Assembly: GCF_008065095.1 (NCBI RefSeq) | Contig: NZ_CP042911.1 | Location: 3,960,001 to 3,992,000, forward strand | Length of the DNA stretch: 32,000 nucleotides | Reading direction: 5' to 3' | Source: Gemmata obscuriglobus | GTDB lineage: Bacteria > Planctomycetota > Planctomycetia > Gemmatales > Gemmataceae | In this document: piece after piece, positions 17,252 to 24,230 of the stretch | Layout: each line of letters opens with the position of its first letter | Position numbering within the stretch: the first letter of the stretch is position 1 | Notes under the pieces: model-generated | Databases searched by the model: none | Told to the model about the DNA's origin: nothing | What the model saw: the letters and a program-made list of their open reading frames with translations, nothing else | Position numbers and translations under genes: made by a program

Positions 17252-20200
17252 TCACGCTTGCCCGCCTTCTTCCTGCTTCGGTTCTTCGGGCTTCGTTTCC
17301 TGAGCCTTCGGCTCCTCCTTCGGGGCCTCCGGCTTCTTCTCGGGCTCCGGCGGCTTGAAAAACGCCAGAAGCTCACCGAAGGTGTTGAGCGCAGCCTTGC
17401 CGGCCTTCTTCTCGGGCGTCAAGTTCGGCAGCGGCTTCGGCTTGCCGGGCTTCTTCGGCGGCTCGGGCGGTGCGGCCTCTTGGGGCTGGGGGGGCGTCAC
17501 GTTCGGTGCCGGGGTGCGGTTGCCGTACCGCTGCTGCCCCTGGCCCGCGCCCGCCCCTTGCCGCGGCTGGAACCCGCCCTGACGTTGGGGCGGCCGGTAC
17601 CCGCCGCGGTCCTCGCGCGGTGCGGGTCGCTCTTGCGCGGGTTGCGGCGCCGGCTGCGGGCGCGGCGGCCGTTCGCCCCGGGGCTCGCGCGGCGGGGCGT
17701 CGGGGCGCCCCCCGCGGCCGCGGTCGGGCTGGCGCCGCTCCTGCCCCGGCTGGATCATGGAGAGCGAGATCTTCTTCTCGCCCGCCTTCACCTCCATCAC
17801 CCACACCGTCACCACGTCGCCCACCGACACCACGTCGTACGGCGACTTGATGTAGCGGTTGGCCATCTGGCTGATGTGAACCAACCCGCTCTCCTTCAAG
17901 CCGATGTCCACGAACGCCCCGAACGGCACCACGTTCAGCACGGTGCCCTTCAGCTCCATGCCCTGGGTGATGTCCTCCAGGCGGAGTACGCCGGTCTTGA
18001 AGATCGGCGGCGGCAGGTCCTCGCGCGGGTCGCGGCCGGGGCGCGCCAGCGACGCGAAGATGTCGTCCAGCGTCGGCTCGCCGGCGCCCAGCTTGGCCGC
18101 CATCTCGGGCAGGTCGGTCGCGTTCAGCTTCGCCCGCAGCTCCTGCACCTTCTCCCGGCTGCGGAGGTCGTCCGGGGTGAACCCGAAGTCCGCGAGCGCC
18201 TTGCGGGCGACCTCGTAGCTCTCCGGGTGGATCCAGGTGCTGTCGAGCGGGTCCGCGCCGTCCGGCAGCTTGAGGAACCCGGCCGCCTGGGTGAACCGCT
18301 TCTCGCCCAGACCCGGCACCTGAAGGAGTTGCTCGCGGTTCGCGAACGGCCCGTTCTTCTCGCGGTAGTTCACGATCTCGCGGGCGACGAGCTGGTTCAG
18401 GCCCGACACGTGCCGCAGCAGGGGCACGCTGGCGGTGTTGAGGTCCACCCCGACCTGGTTCACGCTCGACTCGATGACCCCTTCGAGCGACTCCTTGAGG
18501 AACTTCGGCTTCACGTCGTGCTGGTACAGCCCGACGCCGATGTGCTGCGGGTCGATCTTCACCAGTTCCGCGAGCGGGTCCTGTAGCCGGCGGCCGATGC
18601 TGATGGTGCCGCGGGTGGTAGCGTCGAGGTCCGGGAACTCCTCGCGGGCCACGGGGCTGGCGGAGTAGTCGCTGGCGCCGGCCTCGATCACGATGACGTA
18701 GGCGAGGTCGGCGGGCGCCTCCGGCAGCCCGTCGAGCGAGATCGGCGGGGCCGCGGGGGGCGGGGGGGGCGCCACCGGCACGGACGCGGTGACCGGCGCC
18801 CCGGTGGTGAGCGTCTCGCCGGCGGCCGGCGGCGTCTCAACGTGCGTCGCGGCCGGGGCCAGCGGCGCGGTCCCGTCCGGGGTCAGCGACACCGACAGCG
18901 TCAGCGACTCGCTCGGGAGCGTCGGGGCGTCCGAATCCAGGGTGACCGCGGCCGGCGCCGGCGCCGCTTCGGCGGGCACCGGAACGGCCTCGGCGGCCAC
19001 CGGCGCGGGCGCCGGCGTGTCGCTCGACACGGTGACCGACTGCGGCGCCTCGGGAACCGGGTTCAGCCGCCGGTGGACGAACTCGGCGATCAGGTCGGCG
19101 ACCAGTTGTTCGCTGTCGCGGCACCCGGTCCCGTTGCCGATCGCGATGACCGAGATCTGGTACTTGCGGATGAGCTGCTCGAGCTTCCGCTTGGCATCGC
19201 CGGCCTGCTTCTGGTTGTGCGGGTAGATGACCGCGTCTTCGAGCAGCTTGCCGGTCTCGTCGAGGGCGGCGAGCTTGCACCCGGTCCGGATCCCCGGGTC
19301 GATCGCGAGCACCTTTTTGCCCCGGAGGGGCGGCTGGAGCAGCAGGCTGCGGAGGTTCTTGGCGAACACCATCACCGCGTGCTCTTGCGCGCGGTCCGTC
19401 AGCTCCCGGCGCACCTCGCGCTCGAGGCTCGGCCGCAGCAGCCGCTCGAGCGCGTCCTTGGCGACCTCGAGCAAGAGCCCGCGGTGCGGGTGCTCGGCGA
19501 GGTTCAGGTGGTAGGTGGTGATCTCCAGCCCGCGCACCGGGTCGGTGTCGACCCGCACCTTGAGCACGTTCCCCTTCTCGCCGCGGTTGATGGCCAGCAC
19601 GCGGTGCGGCGGGATCTCCTTCACCGGCTCGCGGAAGTCGAAGTACGGCTCGTACTCCTTCCCTTTGCCCTCCGCGACGCTCTCGTTGCGGACCGACACC
19701 AGCACGCCGGTGTCCCAGGTGAAGGCGCGGAGCGGCCCGCGCACGTCGGCGCTGTCGGCGACCATGTCCGCGAGGATGTTGCGGACGCCGGCCATCACGT
19801 CGTCGGTGTTTAGCAGCCACTTGTCGGGGTCGACGAGCCCCTGCACCACCTCGTCGAGCTTCTCGACGGCGGGGTCGCGGTGGAAGATGGCCTCGGCCAG
19901 CGGCCCGAGCCCTTTCTCGCGGGCCTCGGTGGCGAGCGACTTCTTTTTCGGCTTGAACGGCAGGTACAGGTCTTCGAGCCGCTTCGGCGACTCGGCGCCC
20001 AGCACCGCCCGCACGAGGTCGTCGTTCAGCTTGCCCTGGAACGCGATGCTCTTGAGGATGGTGCGCTTGCGGTCGGTCAGCGCGCGGAGCGCCGCGACCC
20101 GGTCCTGGATGCGGCGGATGACGTCCTCGTTCAGCCCGCCGGTCCGCTCCTTGCGGTACCGGGTGATGAACGGCACCGTGTTGTCGTCGTCGAGCAACTG

Positions 20201-20545
20201 GACCACGGCCTCGACCTGCGCCTTGCGGATCTGCAGATCCTGCGCGATCCGCGAGAGGTCGTGCGGCTGCGGCGAGGGCGGCACCTCGGGAACGGGCTGA
20301 GCGGGTTCGCGCGAGGGCGGCGGCGGCGCGACCTCTTCCGGCACGGCGTCGGCGGCCGCGGCGTCCGCGGCCCCTTCGACCACCGGCGCCGCGCCTTCGG
20401 GCGCGGTAATCTCGCCGGCCGGCGGCGCCGGTTCGGCGGACGCGACCGGCGCCGTTTCGGCGTCACCCGGTGTTGCGGTTGGCGTTTCGGGCAGCGGTGC
20501 GGTCGGCGAGTCAGACGCGTTCGAGGTCGGGTCGGACGGGGTCAT
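17252..20545 (-). CDS. tex: Tex-like transcription accessory protein (S1 RNA-binding domain protein) with three low-complexity extensions, 1097 aa
   Basis: Tex N-terminal motif VPFITRYRKERTGGL; YqgF/RuvC-like VLAIDPGIRTGCKLAALDETGKLL ... AIGNGTGCRDSE ... EAGASDYSASPVAREEFPDLD; HhH region DLNTASVPLLRHVSGLN...GPFANREQLLQVPGLGEKRF; S1 domain GMELKGTVLNVVPFGAFVDIGLKESGLVHISQMA. Confidence 0.9.
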   Translation of the reverse strand: MTPSDPTSNASDSPTAPLPETPTATPGDAETAPVASAEPAPPAGEITAPEGAAPVVEGAADAAAADAVPEEVAPPPPSREPAQPVPEVPPSPQPHDLSRIAQDLQIRKAQVEAVVQLLDDDNTVPFITRYRKERTGGLNEDVIRRIQDRVAALRALTDRKRTILKSIAFQGKLNDDLVRAVLGAESPKRLEDLYLPFKPKKKSLATEAREKGLGPLAEAIFHRDPAVEKLDEVVQGLVDPDKWLLNTDDVMAGVRNILADMVADSADVRGPLRAFTWDTGVLVSVRNESVAEGKGKEYEPYFDFREPVKEIPPHRVLAINRGEKGNVLKVRVDTDPVRGLEITTYHLNLAEHPHRGLLLEVAKDALERLLRPSLEREVRRELTDRAQEHAVMVFAKNLRSLLLQPPLRGKKVLAIDPGIRTGCKLAALDETGKLLEDAVIYPHNQKQAGDAKRKLEQLIRKYQISVIAIGNGTGCRDSEQLVADLIAEFVHRRLNPVPEAPQSVTVSSDTPAPAPVAAEAVPVPAEAAPAPAAVTLDSDAPTLPSESLTLSVSLTPDGTAPLAPAATHVETPPAAGETLTTGAPVTASVPVAPPPPPAAPPISLDGLPEAPADLAYVIVIEAGASDYSASPVAREEFPDLDATTRGTISIGRRLQDPLAELVKIDPQHIGVGLYQHDVKPKFLKESLEGVIESSVNQVGVDLNTASVPLLRHVSGLNQLVAREIVNYREKNGPFANREQLLQVPGLGEKRFTQAAGFLKLPDGADPLDSTWIHPESYEVARKALADFGFTPDDLRSREKVQELRAKLNATDLPEMAAKLGAGEPTLDDIFASLARPGRDPREDLPPPIFKTGVLRLEDITQGMELKGTVLNVVPFGAFVDIGLKESGLVHISQMANRYIKSPYDVVSVGDVVTVWVMEVKAGEKKISLSMIQPGQERRQPDRGRGGRPDAPPREPRGERPPRPQPAPQPAQERPAPREDRGGYRPPQRQGGFQPRQGAGAGQGQQRYGNRTPAPNVTPPQPQEAAPPEPPKKPGKPKPLPNLTPEKKAGKAALNTFGELLAFFKPPEPEKKPEAPKEEPKAQETKPEEPKQEEGGQA

Positions 20546-20796
20546 GTTGCGAGCGTCCTGGGGACAGCGGGGCGGCTCCGGCGGCGGAGTCGGGACGATT
20601 CACCCGCCACGCGGGTTCGCGCGGCGGGCCGGTTCGCGCCTGAAGAAAACGAGGCGTTCACGGGAAATGATTACGGGCGGGTCCGAGGTGCGTCAAGGAA
20701 CCCGTGACCGAACCGTCGGGCAAAGTGTGAAACGCGTCGGCCGTTCCGCGCTTCACGGCGCGCGTCAGTTCGGGTCCAACCCGACTTCAATCGTTT

Positions 20797-20893
20797 CAAG
20801 TTCCAGGTTCCAAGTTCCGCGCGAACCTGAAGGCACACGAATGGGCCGGAGCTTGTGCCGCACGGGTTCTCAACTTGGAACGACTGGAATTGG
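20797..20893. repeat. Imperfect palindrome (hairpin) ending 2 nt short of the 3' stop codon of the PIG-L gene, built on tandem heptamers CAAGTTC CAGGTTC CAAGTTC
   Basis: Left arm 20797-20827 and right arm 20865-20893 (GGTTC TCAACTTGG AAC GACTGG AATTGG) pair in blocks (GAACC/GGTTC, CCAAGTT/AACTTGG, CCAG/CTGG) with bulges. It shares a heptamer motif family with 14726-14746 and 30817-30837. Confidence 0.6.
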
Positions 20894-20895
20894 TA

Positions 20896-21648
20896 TCACA
20901 CCGCGCCGAGCAGTTCCTTAAGGATGTTGTTCGCCGGGTAACTGTGCCCGAGGTGCTGCCGGAACCCTTCCGCGAACGCCACGCCGGCGGCGGCCCCCTG
21001 CGCCGCCCCCCACTCGCGCATCGAGTCCACCAAGTTGTCGACCCCGTGGTGCTTCCGCAGCCACGCCCGCTGGCTCTCGTGGCACTCCAGCATCCGCCCC
21101 TTGTCCGCGATCACCGACGAAATGTCGATCCGGAACGCCGGCTTGATCGGCTGCCCGAACGCGTCGCGGCCCTCGAGCGGGTCGCAGTAGAACAGGTGCG
21201 GGATGTGCGCGACGGGCGGGTGCAGGTGCCGCCCGTGAAGGAAGTTGGGGATCGGGGCTGCGAACGTGGCCGCCCGCACCAACTTGCTCGTCTGCTCGTG
21301 GTCCAGGTGGTAGTCGTCCGGGCTGTGCGTGAACACCACCGCCGGCGCCACCGCGTTGATGAGCCGCACCACCTTCTCCAGCGCCGGCTCGTTGTACACC
21401 ACCCTCAGGTCACGCTCCTCAAGGCAATGGTACGCTGCCCCAATTGCGTTGGCCGCGGCCCGCCCCTCGCCCCGGCGGATGCGGGCGATCTCTTCGGGCG
21501 TGTGCTCTGCGGAGCCGCAGTCGCCCGGGGTCATGGTGGCCACGTGGACCGTCCAGCCGTGCTCCTTGTGGAGCCGGACGAGGGTGCCGGCGCAGAGGAA
21601 TTCGGCGTCGTCGGGGTGCGCGAGAACGGCGAGCGCGGTGCGGTTCAT
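20896..21648 (-). CDS. PIG-L/LmbE family N-acetylglucosaminyl deacetylase, 250 aa
   Basis: Signature LAVLAHPDDAEFLCAGTL near the N-terminus and HSPDDYHLDHEQT (metal-binding His/Asp). Start moved to ATG 21648 (MNRTALAVLAHPDD), since the 21795 start adds a basic R/K/H-rich leader. Confidence 0.85.
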   Translation of the reverse strand: MNRTALAVLAHPDDAEFLCAGTLVRLHKEHGWTVHVATMTPGDCGSAEHTPEEIARIRRGEGRAAANAIGAAYHCLEERDLRVVYNEPALEKVVRLINAVAPAVVFTHSPDDYHLDHEQTSKLVRAATFAAPIPNFLHGRHLHPPVAHIPHLFYCDPLEGRDAFGQPIKPAFRIDISSVIADKGRMLECHESQRAWLRKHHGVDNLVDSMREWGAAQGAAAGVAFAEGFRQHLGHSYPANNILKELLGAV

Positions 21649-21760
21649 GTCGGGTGAGTCGTGCAAATGGGCAGGTGGGGTGTGGTGAGATGAGTGTTGT
21701 ACGAACCGCGGGCCGCGGAGGTGACCCCGCGGCCCGCTGGCGTGCTTCGGTGTTCGCCTT

Positions 21761-24076
21761 TTACGGCTGATGCGGTTGCTCTTGCGGCGTCGCACCCGGC
21801 TGCGGCGCCCCGCCGGCCGCGATGCCCGCCGGCTGCTTGCGCGACACGCCCTGCTTCTGCCGCACCGACTCCTTCATCGCGTCACTCACCCACGGCCCGC
21901 CGTCCGGGGCCGTCGACCCGACGAACGGGGACGAGAAGCTCTGACCGGACACGTTCTCGACCACGTACCACTTCAGCTCCTCGCGGTTCCCGCTGGGCCA
22001 CAGCGGGTCCGCTTCCACCCGCGGCTCCTCGGGGCGCGGGTCCGGCTTGTCGTCGGGCTTGCGGGTCCGCTGCCGCTCCTCCCACTGCTTGAGTTCCGCG
22101 GCCCACTGCTTGCGGCGCTGGTCCAGTTGGGCCTGGTACCACTTGTCCTGCATGGGGAAGGGCAGGCTCAGGAACGGCACCACCGACTGCGACCCGCCGG
22201 CCAGCCGGTCGGCGTACTCGCGCACCCGCTCGTCGTCCTGCACCAGCAGCCGCTGGTACGCCATCTCGAACTCGCACGTCTCCTCTTCGGTCCGGTCGGA
22301 CCGCTCGGGGCGGTGGAAGGTGGGGTTGGCACGCAGCACCTCTTTCCACTGGGCCAACCCGTTCCCGTACAACTGGATGGCGAGCGGCGGGTTACCGATT
22401 TTGCGGGCCTGCTCGGCCTTGTAGAGCGTCTTGCGCGCGGCCACCGTCTCCCGCTTCTGCTCGGCGTTGGCCGCGGCGACGAAGTACGGGAAGTTGGTCA
22501 CCTGCCGGTTCGAGGCGTAGTAGTCGAGGGCGGTCTTGGCCACGTACCGCTTGCGCAGGTCCTCGTCGTTGTACTGGTCCTGGGTCAGGTCGCCGGGGAT
22601 CGAGCCCGGGTCGGTGGCCTGCGCCCGGAGTGTCTGGTACCGGGCCGGGTCGACGGACAGGCCGTAGTCGGCCCCGTGCCGGTTCCACAGCTCGGCCGCC
22701 TTCTGCCACTCGACCAGCGACCACGCGCGACCGGCCCCGGCCACTACGCCCTTCGGCCGCGAGGGGCGGTCCGGGTCGTCCGCGAACCACAGCTTCGACG
22801 GCTCCGCGGTCGGGTCGTCGACCTGCCAGCCCTCCTCGTCGAACCACCCCTCCTTCTGCTCCATCTCGGCCTGGTAGCTCTGAGCCCGGGGCGCACCCTG
22901 TCGGAAGATCACCATCGCCGGCAGCCGCGGGACGCGGTGCTTCGCCGGGTCGTGCCCGAACTGGCCGGCCCGCGGGGTCGGACCGGGCACCGGCTGCCCC
23001 TGGGCGTCCTTAATCTGCGGGGGCAAAAGCAGCAGCGAGTAGCTGAACCAGGCCCGGGCCGCTTTAAATGCGGTGAAGTACCCGCCCGCGGTGGACAGCT
23101 CGGTCTTGGTCTCCATCTTGGGGTGCGCTTCGTTCGACTCGGTGAACTGGTCCGGCAGGGCAGGGAACTGCTTGTCCTTGTCGGCCAGCTCGTTCTTGTA
23201 CTCGCGCGTGCCGTCCACCCGGTACACCACCCGGTACCGCGACGGCACCTCGTAGTTGGTTTCCAGGAACTGCACCACCTCCTGCGGAGTAGCGCGGCGC
23301 AGCTTCTCGGCGGCCTTTTTGTCGGTGTACCGCTGGTCCTCGCCGCGGAGCCGCCGCACGAGGTGCGGGTAGTCCTGGCAGAACGACTCGAACACGTCGT
23401 ACCGGAACTTCTTGGTCTCGGGGTCCACGAACCGCCGCGGGTCGCGCTGCTCGGGCGGGATGCAGCTCAGGTCGAACAGGCACCGCAGCACCTCCACCTG
23501 GTCCGACACGCCGAACTTGTTCTGGTAGTAGAAGGCGATCTGGTACCGCATGTCCGGGGACCGCCGGTTCTGCCGCTCCCCCTTGGCCAGCAGCTCGATC
23601 CCGCGGGCGATGTAGAAGTACATGTCGCCGGACCCGTGCATCTCGACCGACACGTTGTACGCGATGTTCCAGCTCTGGAAGATCCAGGGCGTGATGAAGT
23701 TGGGCTGCAGCTTGGTGACCGCCTGCACCCGCTGCTCGAACTCGTGGAAGTCGTTCCGCCGCTGCTTGTCGATGGCCGACAGCCACAGCCCGGTGACCAC
23801 GAACCCGCGGCTCCCGGTGAGGGTGAGCCGCAGCGCGCTGCCGACGACCTCGGCCTCGCTCTCCTCGGGGTTCAGCTCCCACACCTCCAGGCGCTGGGCC
23901 TGGCTCTCGATGGTGTGGGTGCCGGCCCACCGGAACGGGGCCGCGGCGCTGGCGGTGCTGAGCCGCAGCGGGAGCGGGATCACCCCGCGCCAGTACAGGC
24001 TGACCGTGAACAGCACGAGGATCGCGCCGAGGTAGCTCGCCTTGCGGATCGTCGCGGCTCGTTGCAGGGGGTTCAT
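21761..24076 (-). CDS. Hypothetical membrane-anchored protein, 771 aa, with an N-terminal TM helix and a large helical-repeat-like body; no family recognised
   Basis: Balanced, protein-like composition rich in W/Y/F/K/E/Q/N, in contrast to the R/L/G/P/H-rich shadow ORF 21770..24106 on the opposite strand. N-terminal TM segment ASYLGAILVLFTVSLYW. Start set at ATG 24076 (MNPLQRAATIRK). Confidence 0.75.
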   Translation of the reverse strand: MNPLQRAATIRKASYLGAILVLFTVSLYWRGVIPLPLRLSTASAAAPFRWAGTHTIESQAQRLEVWELNPEESEAEVVGSALRLTLTGSRGFVVTGLWLSAIDKQRRNDFHEFEQRVQAVTKLQPNFITPWIFQSWNIAYNVSVEMHGSGDMYFYIARGIELLAKGERQNRRSPDMRYQIAFYYQNKFGVSDQVEVLRCLFDLSCIPPEQRDPRRFVDPETKKFRYDVFESFCQDYPHLVRRLRGEDQRYTDKKAAEKLRRATPQEVVQFLETNYEVPSRYRVVYRVDGTREYKNELADKDKQFPALPDQFTESNEAHPKMETKTELSTAGGYFTAFKAARAWFSYSLLLLPPQIKDAQGQPVPGPTPRAGQFGHDPAKHRVPRLPAMVIFRQGAPRAQSYQAEMEQKEGWFDEEGWQVDDPTAEPSKLWFADDPDRPSRPKGVVAGAGRAWSLVEWQKAAELWNRHGADYGLSVDPARYQTLRAQATDPGSIPGDLTQDQYNDEDLRKRYVAKTALDYYASNRQVTNFPYFVAAANAEQKRETVAARKTLYKAEQARKIGNPPLAIQLYGNGLAQWKEVLRANPTFHRPERSDRTEEETCEFEMAYQRLLVQDDERVREYADRLAGGSQSVVPFLSLPFPMQDKWYQAQLDQRRKQWAAELKQWEERQRTRKPDDKPDPRPEEPRVEADPLWPSGNREELKWYVVENVSGQSFSSPFVGSTAPDGGPWVSDAMKESVRQKQGVSRKQPAGIAAGGAPQPGATPQEQPHQP

Positions 24077-24171
24077 TCGCCACCAGAGGACAGAGGACAG
24101 CGATGAGAAGGTCGCGGCCAGACGACAGAGATCAGGCAACAAAATGCAGCGGTCAGGGCAAGAACAAACAG

Positions 24172-24198
24172 GGCCGGCGCCAAAGAACCGCACCGGCC
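24172..24198 (-). terminator. Candidate intrinsic terminator after the permease gene: stem GGCCGGTGC / GCGCCGGCC (one mismatch), followed on the minus strand by CTGTTTGTTCTTG
   Basis: Read from the sequence, 33 nt downstream of the permease stop (24231-24233). Eight of 9 stem pairs form, and the 3' flank is T-enriched. It is flanked by a wider imperfect inverted repeat, CAGAGGACAGAGGACAG (24087-24103) / CTGTTCTCAGTCCTCTG (24200-24216). Confidence 0.3.
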
Positions 24199-24230
24199 TC
24201 TGTTCTCAGTCCTCTGCCTTCTGACCGCGA

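Noticed and set aside
18747-18769. G-runs (G4, G6 and G8 here, and G5-A-G8 at 26368-26381) as phase-variation tracts or G-quadruplexes
   Set aside because: Both encode poly-proline segments (PPPPPAAPP in Tex, PPPPPPG in the permease) in frame on the minus strand. There is no evidence of length heterogeneity from a single sequence, so they most likely reflect low-complexity coding.
17183-20707. Multiple 100-470-aa ORFs on both strands overlapping tex (for example 17183..18586, 18837..19820, 18842..19813, 19880..20707)
   Set aside because: All are R/G/P/A-rich shadows, and the Tex frame explains the region completely.
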